DNA of 63,661 nucleotides, filler included, from 10 parts of 10 records of this genome joined end to end with filler, not necessarily neighbours in it, one strand, 5' to 3'. Positions 1 to 9,944 are shown, counted from the whole stretch's first letter. The notes: generated by a model from the letters alone, not told the origin. Made by a program: numbers and translations.

Positions 1-43
1 CGCAATTATCTGAACATTAACTTATCCAGACTGGTATAAAACA

Positions 44-68
44 AAACCCCGCGGATGAGGCGGGGTTG
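44..68 (-). terminator. Intrinsic terminator downstream of engB
   Basis: AACCCCGC...GCGGGGTT hairpin followed on the minus strand by TTTTGTTTT, about 20 nt after the engB stop. Confidence 0.7.
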
Positions 69-90
69 AAAGGTAGTACAAGCTGATAAT

Positions 91-759
91 TTATTCGTTG
101 TCGGCTTGTGGTTCTGAATCATCAACAAGTTCTTGTTCGATGATCGGTTGAGCTAGCGCAGGTGCAAACCATGAATCAAGTTTGTTACGCAGAACATCAA
201 CACCAAGACCATTTTGTGAAGAGAAGCCATCGACACTGACATCACCACCAAACGATTTTGCGTCGTTACGCACTTTTAAAATTTGAGCTTTTCTTGCTCC
301 ACTTTTTAGCTTGTCCGCTTTAGTCAGTAGAACTTGAACTGGAATGCCACACTCTACCGCCCAAATAATAAGTTGCTGGTCGAGATCTTTCATTGGGTGA
401 CGAATATCCATCAATACTACCAAGCCTTTTAAGCATTGGCGTTTCTGTAAGTATTCACCCAGTGATTTTTGCCACTTTTTCTTCATTTCCAGTGGTACCT
501 GAGCAAATCCGTACCCCGGTAAGTCGACGATGTGGCAGCCTTCAGTCACCTTGAACAAGTTGATTAATTGGGTGCGTCCAGGCGTTTTACTGGTTTTGGC
601 TAAACTTTTCTGATTCGTTAATCGATTGAGAGAGCTAGATTTTCCAGCATTTGAGCGTCCTGCAAACGCAATTTCAATACCTTCGTCTTCTGGAAGGTGG
701 CGAATATCTGGCGCACTGGTAATGAAATGCGTGTTTTGATAATGAATTTTTACGCTCAC
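91..759 (-). CDS. engB: Ribosome biogenesis GTPase YihA/EngB (YsxC)
   Basis: G1 [26 protein letters not shown] and TKADK motifs; likely GTG start at 759 (MSVKIHYQ) behind GGAG. Confidence 0.95.
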   Translation of the reverse strand: MSVKIHYQNTHFITSAPDIRHLPEDEGIEIAFAGRSNAGKSSSLNRLTNQKSLAKTSKTPGRTQLINLFKVTEGCHIVDLPGYGFAQVPLEMKKKWQKSLGEYLQKRQCLKGLVVLMDIRHPMKDLDQQLIIWAVECGIPVQVLLTKADKLKSGARKAQILKVRNDAKSFGGDVSVDGFSSQNGLGVDVLRNKLDSWFAPALAQPIIEQELVDDSEPQADNE

Positions 760-894
760 TGTTAACTCCATCTCGACTTTGTGTAGTCGATTGATTACTT
801 TTTTGTGAAATTGTGTAAAATAACCGTGCTCGGCATAAGGTCGCCAATTGTACCACAGTGGTACTGGAAGCTTGATTATAATAAATGGAATGTC

Positions 895-1512
895 ATGAAT
901 AAATTAGCGCTAATCTTGAGTCTTTTAGCCAGCTGCTCCGTATGGGCTCAAGGCAGCATAGAAGCTGGCAAAGCAAAATCCGAAACGTGTGTTGCCTGTC
1001 ACGGTGCTGATGGCAACAGCCAAATCACTACTTATCCTAAACTAGCAGGGCAACACGCTAAGTACATTGAGAAGCAGCTACACGATCTCAAACTTGGTGC
1101 TAGCAGTGCTGGTAAGCAAGGCCGTTACGATCCTGTAATGAGCGCAATGGCAATGCCATTGAGCGATGAAGATATTTCAGATTTGGCTGCGTACTACTCT
1201 TCTCTTCCTATTTCTGCAAACTCTACGCCAGAAGAAGTCGCAAACACAGGTAAAGTTATTTATACCGCGGGTGATGCTTCTCGTGGTTTGACAGCATGTA
1301 TTGCTTGTCATGGCCCTCGTGGTAACGGTACTGAGCTATCAGGTTTTCCAAAAATCTCAGGTCAACATGCTGATTACGTGAAAGCACAGCTGCTTAAATT
1401 CCGCGATGATGGCCGCAATAACGACATGAATGAGATGATGCGTGATGTAGCGAAAAAGTTAACAGACGCGGATATCGAAACGCTATCAAAATACGTTGGT
1501 GGTTTGCACTAA
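895..1512 (+). CDS. Diheme cytochrome c4 (periplasmic)
   Basis: Signal peptide from the ATG at 895; two CxxCH motifs (CVACH, CIACH); divergent from engB as is usual in gammaproteobacteria. Confidence 0.92.
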   Translation: MNKLALILSLLASCSVWAQGSIEAGKAKSETCVACHGADGNSQITTYPKLAGQHAKYIEKQLHDLKLGASSAGKQGRYDPVMSAMAMPLSDEDISDLAAYYSSLPISANSTPEEVANTGKVIYTAGDASRGLTACIACHGPRGNGTELSGFPKISGQHADYVKAQLLKFRDDGRNNDMNEMMRDVAKKLTDADIETLSKYVGGLH

Positions 1513-1549
1513 GCACTAACGATATACCATAAGCTCGAGCAAAGTAGTG

Positions 1550-1582
1550 AAATAACCCTGATGAAATCCATCGGGGTTATTT
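1550..1582 (+). terminator. Intrinsic terminator after cytochrome c4
   Basis: AAATAACCCTGATG / CATCGGGGTTATTT inverted repeat followed by a T-rich tail. Confidence 0.75.
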
Positions 1583-1761
1583 CGTTTTAGGAAGCGGAAA
1601 TTTGGGTTACTCATATGAGAGTGTCAGTTTTTGCTTGGCTGTTTGTAAGACATTTGCCATTGTTGTTTCGAGCATTGCATTTGGTCTAGGTGTAATTTAT
1701 TGATATTTAATCGTTAAATTTTCACTTCGATAATTAGAGTAAAAAATTAGATCTTGATCCA

Positions 1762-1789
1762 TTGTTTCAGCTTGGTATCAGCGTAAAGT
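1762..1789 (+). promoter_or_regulatory. Candidate sigma70 promoter of the Csr sRNA
   Basis: TTGTTT-N16-TAAAGT just upstream of the GGA-rich region; a TGTAAG half-site resembling the UvrY/VarA/GacA box lies at 1644-1649. Confidence 0.4.
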
Positions 1790-1795
1790 TTCTGG

Positions 1796-2141
1796 GTCGG
1801 CAAGAAGCTGGCAGAGGAATTCAGACCAAGCAGGTCTCCAAGGAGCAGGTACGGATAGCTTGCACTTCGGCAAAGGATTTACGGTAAGAGGGATACTTAT
1901 CGGGATAGGGATGGTCGCTTAGTCTAATGGTTAGACGCAGTAAAGGATCGAGCATACGGACAGCTTTGCTACAGGAAGTAACAACGGAAGGCCAAAATTC
2001 ATCAGGACGATGACAAAACACACTTTTGGCAGGGAAAGCGCTAAAAACAAACGGAATATTGGTGTACCTCATCGGTACGACCCCATTTTTGTCACATAAG
2101 TGACCACTTAGAAAGCGATAGGTTTACCTATCGCTTTTTTT
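1796..2141 (+). ncRNA. CsrB/CsrC-family CsrA-sequestering small RNA
   Basis: About 14 GGA motifs (AGGA/CGGA/GGGA) in about 260 nt, many in short hairpin loops; ends in a strong terminator; lies between yihA and yihI like enterobacterial csrC. Confidence 0.85.
2112..2141 (+). terminator. Intrinsic terminator of the Csr sRNA
   Basis: AAAGCGATAGG-TTTA-CCTATCGCTTT followed by a T run. Confidence 0.9.
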
Positions 2142-2229
2142 CCTTTCGAATCATAAAAACCAAGCGATGTTTTTTGATCGACATTGGCTGCTATTTTTGT
2201 CAGTTATTATTTAAAAAAACGCTCGGCTA

Positions 2230-2258
2230 TTGATCGTAAGTTGAGAGAGTTCTACATT
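2230..2258 (+). promoter_or_regulatory. Candidate sigma70 promoter of the Omp85-like gene
   Basis: TTGATC-N17-TACATT. Confidence 0.5.
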
Positions 2259-2442
2259 CCCCTCGTCGAAAAAATTTCAGGTCGGTATGGTTATTCCGGC
2301 CCTCATCATCGATGAGATTTAGTCACTTCTCGTGAACCCGCGGCATTACTAAGTGTGGTGATGCAGTGACGGTTTATCTTCAGTTTCTGTTCATCACTTT
2401 TACAAAATTCTTTGTCGATATAGAAATAGAGTAAATTGTTTG

Positions 2443-3606
2443 ATGAAAAATCTCGTTCTAGCTACTAGCTGTTTGATGACAGCAGCTGGTCCCGCTATGG
2501 CTGACACCACGGCACAACCCCAAAACGAAACAATGGCTACCAGCAACCATGCTGAAGTTACCGTCGATCGTAGTGACAAGTTTCAACCGATTATTTTACC
2601 TTTTTACGACCCGTCGATTAAAGCAGGGATTACGGCTATTCCACTGTTCGCTTTTTATCCGGATGACAACGACCTTGTTTCTGACGCTTCCACTATTGCG
2701 GTGCCACTTATCTATACAACCAACGGAAGTTATGTTGCTAAAGTTGCTGGCGACATCATTTTAAATGAAGACAACTTCCGCCTCTCATTTGAAACGGGCT
2801 TTACTAGTACCAACTTGACCTTTAATGGTACTGATGGAAACAAAGAGCAGATTGATTTTGATGCTGACCTGATGTTTAAAGTGGCTGACGATATGTTTGT
2901 TGGAATCGGCGGGGTTTACAAAACATCGCGCTACACAGCGGATCAAAGCTCAGAACAGGGTAATCTGGAGGGGATGGGTTTTAGCACGGATTATCAAAGT
3001 GATACCGGCTACCGTTTGTCATTCCAATGGGATACCAGAGAACAATTTTACTACCCTCATTCTGGCTTCGTATGGGAATTTAATTTTGAAGACCACGCTG
3101 AGTGGTTAGGTAATGATGGCGATAATACGTATCAAGCTTTGTTCAGCGATTACCGACATTTCTTTAGTATTAATAACGACTCAAATAACATCATTGCAAC
3201 CAAGCTCGTTGGTCGATACTTAATGGATGCAGAAAATGCGCCTTCTTCGGCCTATACAACTTACGGTCGACAGGGCAAAGAAGTACAGCGTGGGTATGCG
3301 CAAGGTGACTATATCGCCTCAAACATGGTCAACTTAGAAGTAGAGTATCGTCATCAGTTTAGCGACGCTAACAACGAGTTCATTAACAAGTCGGCAGTGG
3401 TGTTGATTGGTGGTGCGGGTAAGAGCTTTGGCCAACAATTGGATGGGAGCAGACAAGAGTTTAGTAATAGCGATTGGCTAGGCGTGGTGGGTGTAGGTTA
3501 CCGATATACTGTTCTACCTTATGAGCGCTTAAACATTAAAGTCGACGTCACTTATAACAGTGATGGTGAAACCATTGCTTATTTTGGTTTTGGTGAAAGC
3601 ATTTAA
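2443..3606 (+). CDS. BamA/TamA (Omp85)-family outer-membrane beta-barrel without POTRA domains
   Basis: Signal peptide; WDTRE..YP..G, VQRGY and VGVGYRY motifs; terminal strand YFGFGESI. Confidence 0.7.
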   Translation: MKNLVLATSCLMTAAGPAMADTTAQPQNETMATSNHAEVTVDRSDKFQPIILPFYDPSIKAGITAIPLFAFYPDDNDLVSDASTIAVPLIYTTNGSYVAKVAGDIILNEDNFRLSFETGFTSTNLTFNGTDGNKEQIDFDADLMFKVADDMFVGIGGVYKTSRYTADQSSEQGNLEGMGFSTDYQSDTGYRLSFQWDTREQFYYPHSGFVWEFNFEDHAEWLGNDGDNTYQALFSDYRHFFSINNDSNNIIATKLVGRYLMDAENAPSSAYTTYGRQGKEVQRGYAQGDYIASNMVNLEVEYRHQFSDANNEFINKSAVVLIGGAGKSFGQQLDGSRQEFSNSDWLGVVGVGYRYTVLPYERLNIKVDVTYNSDGETIAYFGFGESI

Positions 3607-3618
3607 CTTCTCCATCTG

Positions 3619-3647
3619 AATAAGAGGCACTTTTCGTGTCTCTTATT
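3619..3647 (+). terminator. Hairpin/terminator after the Omp85-like gene
   Basis: AATAAGAGGCAC / GTGTCTCTTATT inverted repeat. Confidence 0.6.
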
Positions 3648-3777
3648 GTGGTTACCGCATCAGCAACTTTCCTGATTAATGATTTTTTAACTAAATTGTT
3701 GAAAAAATGCTCATCGACTCTCCACTCTAACGTCACTTTCTGGTATGTTTCGCATCCCCCTGTTGGAGGATGCCACA

Positions 3778-4416
3778 ATGCACAAATGTCCTTTATGTCA
3801 CTGTGACCACACTGCCGCTTATTTTGAAGATAAACATCGAGAATATCTTCAATGTGATGTTTGCCAGTTAGTCTTTGTGAATCCGCAGCACCGATTAAGT
3901 GCTGAACGTGAAAAAGCATTCTATGATTTACACGAAAATAATCCGAGCGATGCTGGCTACAGACGCTTTTTATCTCGTGTATGTGATCCTATGCTTGAAA
4001 GGCTGGCTCCCCAATCTCAAGGGTTAGATTTTGGCTGTGGACCAGGGCCAACGTTGTCATTGATGCTAGAAGAAGCCGGTCACCAAGTGGCGTTGTACGA
4101 TATCTTCTTCCATCCTGAACAACAGGCACTACAAACACAGTACGATTTTATGACTGCGACAGAAGTGATTGAGCATCTACACGATCCTCATCAAGTGTGG
4201 CAGCAATGGTTAAATTTGGTTAAACCCGGAGGCTGGATTGGTCTTATGACCAAGATGGTAAAAGGCGTAGAAGCTTTTGCCAGTTGGCATTATAAGAATG
4301 ACCTAACGCATGTGGTCTTTTTTAGTCGTGACACTTTCCAGTTTTTGGCGGAGCGCGATAAGCTCGAACTTGAATTTATAGGCAACGATGTAATTTTGCT
4401 GAGGAAACCCCAGTAA
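3778..4416 (+). CDS. Class I SAM-dependent methyltransferase with N-terminal Zn ribbon
   Basis: CPLC..CDVC; LDFGCGPGP; TEVIEH; ATG at 3778 after GGAGG. Confidence 0.85.
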   Translation: MHKCPLCHCDHTAAYFEDKHREYLQCDVCQLVFVNPQHRLSAEREKAFYDLHENNPSDAGYRRFLSRVCDPMLERLAPQSQGLDFGCGPGPTLSLMLEEAGHQVALYDIFFHPEQQALQTQYDFMTATEVIEHLHDPHQVWQQWLNLVKPGGWIGLMTKMVKGVEAFASWHYKNDLTHVVFFSRDTFQFLAERDKLELEFIGNDVILLRKPQ

Positions 4417-4973
4417 TGTCTAGACAGAAAAAAACAAAAACCGGTATTAACGGTGATTTGATATTCGCTCGTAAACACAATCGTAAAAATGACGATATGG
4501 AAGGGCGTGAGCGTAAGAAACTTAAAAAGCGTAAAGGTTTAAAAACGGGTAACCGTCACTCTGAAGGTGAAGAGAAGTCGGGATACACAGCGAAGCAAGC
4601 GCGTGACCCGCGTTTAGGCAGCAAGAAAAAGATTCCACTTATCGTGGAAGCACAGAAGAAACCGACAAAACAAGAGCGCCGTATCTCTGCTGAGAAAGAG
4701 CTGGAGATGTTGGAAAATGATGCTCAGCTAAATGTATTGCTTGATCGTATTGATAACGGCGAGAACTTAGGTGCTGGTCTGCAGAAATATGTCGATGAGA
4801 GACTGGATCGCATTGAAATCTTGATGAAGCAGCTCGGTTTGTATGAAGAAGAACCGGAAGAGCTGGAAGAAGAGCAGGAACCGCAGCCTCAAGCGAAAAA
4901 ACGTCAACCTAAAACCGATGACGATTTGCTGGCTGAATTCGCAAACTTAGACATGAATGACTATAAAGGGTAA
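4416..4973 (+). CDS. yihI: Der GTPase-activating protein YihI
   Basis: Basic N-terminus, DPRLGSKKKIPL, ELEMLEND.QLN.LLDR; yihA-csr-yihI synteny. Confidence 0.92.
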   Translation: MSRQKKTKTGINGDLIFARKHNRKNDDMEGRERKKLKKRKGLKTGNRHSEGEEKSGYTAKQARDPRLGSKKKIPLIVEAQKKPTKQERRISAEKELEMLENDAQLNVLLDRIDNGENLGAGLQKYVDERLDRIEILMKQLGLYEEEPEELEEEQEPQPQAKKRQPKTDDDLLAEFANLDMNDYKG

Positions 4974-4982
4974 GGACTTATT

Positions 4983-5471
4983 ATGAACGTAACTCTATTG
5001 GTCATCGTTGGAGCTGCGATCATTGTAGGTTTAGCTGCCTATGCTGGCTATTTGCTGCTGCAATTGAAGAAACAGACCCAGTTACAGCAGCAACATCAGG
5101 CTTTAGCGATAGAAAAACGCAACGCGAATATTTACGAAAGTGTTGATGTTCTCTGTCTTGCGGGTATTCAAGGTCAATGTGATTTGTCAGAAATCAGTAT
5201 TCGTGTGTATTGCATCATGGATTATGTGCAGGGCGATGAGCGGGTAGATTTTGATACAGAGTATCCAGCGATATCTGAGCTTTATCATATAGTGAAAGAT
5301 ATGCCGAGAGGTGAAGCGCGTCAGGATATGGATAAGCAACAGAGAATGAAGCACAACTTGGCTCGCCAAAAGGCAGAAAGCAGGCTCAATGACGCTATCA
5401 TTGAAGAGCTTCAAGCATTGAAGTCCCGTGTTCAGCCAATGAATAATCAAATTACCATTCAAATGGTGTGA
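4983..5471 (+). CDS. DUF2489-family membrane-anchored protein
   Basis: N-terminal TM helix with YAGYLL and a QCDLSE..IR motif; normally follows yihI in Vibrionaceae. Confidence 0.75.
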   Translation: MNVTLLVIVGAAIIVGLAAYAGYLLLQLKKQTQLQQQHQALAIEKRNANIYESVDVLCLAGIQGQCDLSEISIRVYCIMDYVQGDERVDFDTEYPAISELYHIVKDMPRGEARQDMDKQQRMKHNLARQKAESRLNDAIIEELQALKSRVQPMNNQITIQMV

Positions 5472-5475
5472 TAAT

Positions 5476-5503
5476 TATACCTAAGTAACCTCAAGATGCT
5501 GGT
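5476..5503 (+). repeat. Start of an ERIC/IRU-like intergenic repeat, cut by the contig end
   Basis: TATACCTAAGTAACCTCAAGATGC resembles the ERIC-type terminal sequence in Vibrionaceae; the contig breaks inside it. Confidence 0.55.
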
Positions 5504-5603
5504 NNNNNNNNNNNNNNNNNNNNNNNNNNNNNNNNNNNNNNNNNNNNTTAATTAATTAANNNNNNNNNNNNNNNNNNNNNNNNNNNNNNNNNNNNNNNNN
5601 NNN
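5504..5603. other. Artificial contig spacer
   Basis: N44-TTAATTAATTAA-N44 (stop codons in six frames); base composition changes across it. Confidence 0.99.
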
Positions 5604-5633
5604 GCAAATTGGCCATTTGTGGATGGGCACTAT

Positions 5634-6965
5634 CTAGCTCCAGGGGAACGGACTGTGACTGACCGGATGCAGTTCGCCCTTTCGGTAACGGGCGAAGCGA
5701 AAGGGCTCAAGCAGTGCCTGCTTTTCCCCCAAGACCTCCTTGGCCACCAGTTTCCCCACACCGATCATTTTATAGCCGTGGTTGGAATCGAGAATCAAAT
5801 AGCAGTTCTCTTTCATGGCGTCAAAAATGGGAAAACTGTCCGGGGTAAAACAGCCCAATCCGCCGGAGGGTTCGTTTTTGTACATATGGTATTTATCCTT
5901 ATACCGTTTCTGACAATGGGCCAGGGCGGACGTCCACATATGCACGAATTCAGGGGTGACCGTAAAATCCGGTGAATCGATACCGTAGGGATCCACTTTC
6001 ACGTCTCCCGTGACAATGTAGGGCGCCGCTCCGCCCTGAACCCCCCCGAAATTGAAATCGGGCTTATAGTAAATGCCCCACATCTTGTCCGTGATTAATG
6101 ATCCGTCCTCACTGGAGTAGAGGGGCGCTTCCGAATCCACATGAATCACGGGGGGCATTTCGCCTTGGTTGTTCATGGCATAGGCGGGATCCACGCCAAG
6201 GGTTCCCTCCACCAAGCACATGTAGGTCCACATCTTATTTCCGGAATGCAGCGTGCCGTCCGGTCCCATGATGTCCACTTCATCGGGAAGGCCCAGCATA
6301 TCCCACAGACCTTTGGCCCAGGGGCCGGGGCCGGCGATGACCCAGTCGCACTGGATGTCCCCTTTTGATGTTTGAACAGCGGTCACACAATCCTTATGAA
6401 TCTCAAAGCCGGTGACGGAAATCCCGGTCAATATTCGGACCCCCAGGGCTTCGGCCTTGTCCGCCAGCCGGTAGAGGGATTTCATCTGGTTGGCGTACCC
6501 GCCTTTTTTTTCATGCAGAATGGAGGTAATGCCCTTGGCCTGCCAATCGTCAAAGATGTTTTTCCGCATGTAGTTGAGGCACTCTTTTTCGCCTTCGATA
6601 AAAGCGGATTCGTAACCGATATTTTTCTGTTGTTCATAAATCTGGGTCACATCCCCATGCATGGATTCCGGAGATATCTGCATGTACCCCACCGGATGAA
6701 AACCGTAGCTTTCGGTATCTTCTTCCCATACGCGCACGCTGTGGGCCATCAGTTCCCGCATGGCCGGCTGAAAGTAGTTGTTGCGGATGATGCCGCAGGC
6801 AATACCCGACGCGCCGGCCCCGATGGCCGTTTTATCGATGACCAGGATCTCTTTTCCGGTGCCCGCCTTTTTCCGCTTCAATTCTTTTGCCAGGTGCCAG
6901 GCCGTGCTGAGCCCATGGATGCCGGCGCCGATGATAATATATTTGGAATGGGTTGGAATTGCCAT
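5634..6965 (-). CDS. FAD-dependent oxidoreductase, sarcosine oxidase beta / DAO family
   Basis: IIIGAGIHGLSTAWHLA, GASGIACGIIR and TPDSFPI motifs. Confidence 0.8.
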   Translation of the reverse strand: MAIPTHSKYIIIGAGIHGLSTAWHLAKELKRKKAGTGKEILVIDKTAIGAGASGIACGIIRNNYFQPAMRELMAHSVRVWEEDTESYGFHPVGYMQISPESMHGDVTQIYEQQKNIGYESAFIEGEKECLNYMRKNIFDDWQAKGITSILHEKKGGYANQMKSLYRLADKAEALGVRILTGISVTGFEIHKDCVTAVQTSKGDIQCDWVIAGPGPWAKGLWDMLGLPDEVDIMGPDGTLHSGNKMWTYMCLVEGTLGVDPAYAMNNQGEMPPVIHVDSEAPLYSSEDGSLITDKMWGIYYKPDFNFGGVQGGAAPYIVTGDVKVDPYGIDSPDFTVTPEFVHMWTSALAHCQKRYKDKYHMYKNEPSGGLGCFTPDSFPIFDAMKENCYLILDSNHGYKMIGVGKLVAKEVLGEKQALLEPFRFARYRKGELHPVSHSPFPWS

Positions 6966-7036
6966 TTTTCGTTACTCCCTAAAAAAATATGCCCGAAACC
7001 CCAAAAAGGGGTCCGGGCCGGTTATATTAAAATTTT

Positions 7037-8659
7037 TTAAGCGGCTTTTGCCTTTTTTGTCTCCTCATTTTCACCGGACAGGTCGTGTTTCAGGTCTCCG
7101 TCGACGGTCCCCTTCACGTGTTCCCGCTCTTCGGCGAAATCAAAGCCGGTCCAGATGCCGATGGACCCCAGGATGGAATCCTGCGGGTGAAATTCCCGGA
7201 AAATCTTGAAATAGTAGGCCGCTTCCTTGCTGTTGATGACCGCATCGGGGTTTTCAGCCTTGATCCGGGCGTATTCATCGTCGGTTAAGGCTTTTTCCGA
7301 CATCTCTTCTCCGATGCTTTCACAGCCGGCCCCTTGGGTATACTGCACCTTGTAGCGCCACAGAATTTCATCGGGCAGATAGTGGGTGTTTTCAAAGGCC
7401 TTTCGAAGGATCCACTTCTCGATCTTGGCGCCGTTGTGCTCGCGGATCTTCAATTCCGGCGGGATTTTCATGGAAAGATCCACCATGTGGACATCAAAGA
7501 AGGGGACCCGCAGTTCCAGGCTGAAAAGCATGCCCATGCGGTCGGCCCTTTGCAGATTGATGTTGTGAACGTTTCCGATGCAGCGACGCGCTTCCAGATT
7601 CAGTTTATCAAAGGGGAAATGCTTCATATAGTGATAGCCCGTAAACAGCTCGTCGGCGCCCTCGCCGGTGAGCACCACGGTGACATATTCGGCCGCCAGC
7701 TTGCAGGTGAAGTAGCAGGGCACGGCGCAGCGGACCAGGGACGGATCATAGGTCTCCAGTTTTTGGATCACCGTGGGCAGGGCTTCGTGGTATTCCGCTT
7801 CCGTGAAGATCAGTTCGTGATGGTTGCATCCGATATGCTCGGCCGCGATGCGGGAAGCCTTCACATCGTCGCTTAAATCCCCGTTTTCATCCCGCATGCC
7901 CACCACGAAGGTATGGAGGTTGGGAATCTCGTCGGCGGCGATGGCCGCCACCAGGCTGCTGTCGAGACCGCCGCTGCAAAAGGAGCCCACCGGAATCTCG
8001 GGGTCCGCCAGCAGACGGTCTTTCACCGCCTTTATGAATGTGCTTTGAATTATCTCACAGGTTTCATCCACGTCCGTGAGGATGTGCTCCTGAATTTCCG
8101 GAATGGTGTAAAACTGGACGAACCCTTCTCCGGGCGTATAGTAGTGACCGGCCGGGAATTCATGGACTTCGTCAACACCCGCCAGGGTCATGGCCCCCAG
8201 TTCAGAGGTAAAATAGAGATTTCCATTATGATACCCGTAATAGAGGGGCTTGATGCCGATGGGATCCCGCGCCATCATGAAGTTATCCCCTTCGAAAATG
8301 GCAAAGGCGAACATCCCTTCGAGCTGTTTGACGCAGTCGGGGCCGTGCTTTTTGTACAGGTGAAGGATCACCTCCGTATCCGACTGGGTGATGAACCTGA
8401 AGGCGCCGTTTAAACGCTTTTTTAACGACCGGAAATTATAGATTTCCCCGTTGCATACAATGCCGCGGTTCCCATTGTCCGCCAGAATGGGCTGGTGGCC
8501 GTGGGCCACATCCACAATGGACAACCTTGTGTGCCCCACCACGCCGTTTTGATGTTCGTGAATTCCCCGGTCATTGGGACCCCGATGGGGCAGCGCATCC
8601 AACATTCTGTTGATGGTTTTCGTGTCCTTGATTCCAAAACATCCGGCAATGCCGCACAT
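7037..8659 (-). CDS. Asparagine synthetase B-like Ntn glutamine amidotransferase
   Basis: MCGIAG (catalytic Cys2), HRGP, NGEIYN, SGGLDSS, GEGADELF and ELRVPF motifs. Confidence 0.85.
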   Translation of the reverse strand: MCGIAGCFGIKDTKTINRMLDALPHRGPNDRGIHEHQNGVVGHTRLSIVDVAHGHQPILADNGNRGIVCNGEIYNFRSLKKRLNGAFRFITQSDTEVILHLYKKHGPDCVKQLEGMFAFAIFEGDNFMMARDPIGIKPLYYGYHNGNLYFTSELGAMTLAGVDEVHEFPAGHYYTPGEGFVQFYTIPEIQEHILTDVDETCEIIQSTFIKAVKDRLLADPEIPVGSFCSGGLDSSLVAAIAADEIPNLHTFVVGMRDENGDLSDDVKASRIAAEHIGCNHHELIFTEAEYHEALPTVIQKLETYDPSLVRCAVPCYFTCKLAAEYVTVVLTGEGADELFTGYHYMKHFPFDKLNLEARRCIGNVHNINLQRADRMGMLFSLELRVPFFDVHMVDLSMKIPPELKIREHNGAKIEKWILRKAFENTHYLPDEILWRYKVQYTQGAGCESIGEEMSEKALTDDEYARIKAENPDAVINSKEAAYYFKIFREFHPQDSILGSIGIWTGFDFAEEREHVKGTVDGDLKHDLSGENEETKKAKAA

Positions 8660-8729
8660 AATAAAAAACTCCTTTCGTGATGAAAGTTAATTGTTTGGGA
8701 CTTTTTTTCCTAAATTTAATCCATTTTGT

Positions 8730-9944
8730 TTAATGTTTAAAAATTTTACCCAGATTCGCCGTGGTCAAGCTGTCCTCCATATACATGCCCAGGCCCGTTT
8801 GACGCAGGGATTCCATGCCCCGTTCGTCGTAGACCACGTTTTCCACCTCCGGTGCCTCTTCAGGGGTAACGGTTTCGGCGATTTCGATGCATTTTTCAAG
8901 TTTTTCAAATGAAAAATCGATCAGGTAGCGCAGGAAGGCGAAGGGGTGACGAATCATGTGAAAGCCGTATTTCATGCACAGGGCCTGTCCCATTCTGGCG
9001 TCTTCATAGGCTCGATCGGTGAGGTGTTCCTCATGGGTGGTGCCGGCACTCTGAAAAGCGGGAAGATCCAGCATCAAATTGAGGTGGGTCATGAGCAGGT
9101 TCAGATAATTGTGGCTGACCAGACCGTAGTTGGGGTTGTATTCGATGCTGGGGTCGGCGATGGTGGGGTAGCCCGCATGAACACAGGTGACCCCCGGGTT
9201 CAACAGCTGGGCCGCGCAGATGCCGAATAAAACTTCCGCATGGGTCATGGAAAGAACGCCGTTATAGCAGTAAGGGGCGCTGATGCCGGCCATGGGCATG
9301 GCGGAGATAAAGGTGGGGAGTCCGGCCTTCACCACCTTTACAAAATGGTCGGAGAAATTTTCGTTCACTTCCAGGGGCGGCCGGGTGAGGCAGAAAACGA
9401 TCATGATGTTTTTTCGCTGCCCGTAGATTTTGAGGGCCTGATCCAATGCCTTGTCGGAGGTTACGGCGAAGTAGAGGGGCTTTGAACAGTTTTCCGCCAT
9501 AATTGTCATCTGTTCCACTTCATCTTTCAGTTTGATGCCGCGGCCCATGCCGCCCACGGGACCGTTTCTTTCGGCAATCCGGGCAATGCGCGCGGCATGC
9601 TCGGCGGTGGGAAAAACGCCGCCCTCTCCTTTTTGGTCGTCGTAAACATAAGGGGCCGTTCCCCCGATGAAAAAGCTTTTGAGGGGAACAAAAAAGTCAT
9701 TCACCCCCGGGGTGGTTTGAAGACATTTTTCCACCAGGTCGCGCATTAGATAAATTCGATCTTCATAGACGGCGGCCAACCCTTCCGCTTCAAGCTTCTT
9801 AAAGACCTGCTGCATGTCCGGCTGTTTGCATCCCACGCCCAGGTTTTCCAGAATCCACAAAGCGTCTTGATGGGATTGCAGCAACATTTCCACTGCTGAA
9901 TCACCTAAAAGTGATTTTGATTTTTCGACTTGCGCGGTATTCAA
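8730..9944 (-). CDS. Trimethylamine methyltransferase (MttB) superfamily protein, non-pyrrolysine
   Basis: LWILENLGVG, MPMAGISAP and GVLSMTHAEVLFGICAAQLLNPG segments; no in-frame TAG; TTG start behind AAGGAGA. Confidence 0.75.
   Translation of the reverse strand: MNTAQVEKSKSLLGDSAVEMLLQSHQDALWILENLGVGCKQPDMQQVFKKLEAEGLAAVYEDRIYLMRDLVEKCLQTTPGVNDFFVPLKSFFIGGTAPYVYDDQKGEGGVFPTAEHAARIARIAERNGPVGGMGRGIKLKDEVEQMTIMAENCSKPLYFAVTSDKALDQALKIYGQRKNIMIVFCLTRPPLEVNENFSDHFVKVVKAGLPTFISAMPMAGISAPYCYNGVLSMTHAEVLFGICAAQLLNPGVTCVHAGYPTIADPSIEYNPNYGLVSHNYLNLLMTHLNLMLDLPAFQSAGTTHEEHLTDRAYEDARMGQALCMKYGFHMIRHPFAFLRYLIDFSFEKLEKCIEIAETVTPEEAPEVENVVYDERGMESLRQTGLGMYMEDSLTTANLGKIFKH

Noticed and set aside
1821-2072. 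83-aa minus-strand ORF
   Set aside because: It is antisense to the GGA-rich Csr sRNA and has no recognisable protein motif.
1796-2141. GGA-rich region as a CRISPR array
   Set aside because: The repeats are 3-5 nt and irregularly spaced. No repeat-spacer array or cas gene was seen anywhere in the window.
5548-5559. TTAATTAATTAA repeated nine times inside N runs as a biological repeat
   Set aside because: It is an identical six-frame-stop linker used to concatenate contigs. ORFs running into X residues are truncations, and no operon logic applies across the spacers.
8730-9944. Pyrrolysine in the MttB homologue
   Set aside because: The frame has no internal TAG and ends at TAA. The region corresponding to the Pyl site reads LPAFQSAG. 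It is also on a different contig from the TAG-containing HMA gene.
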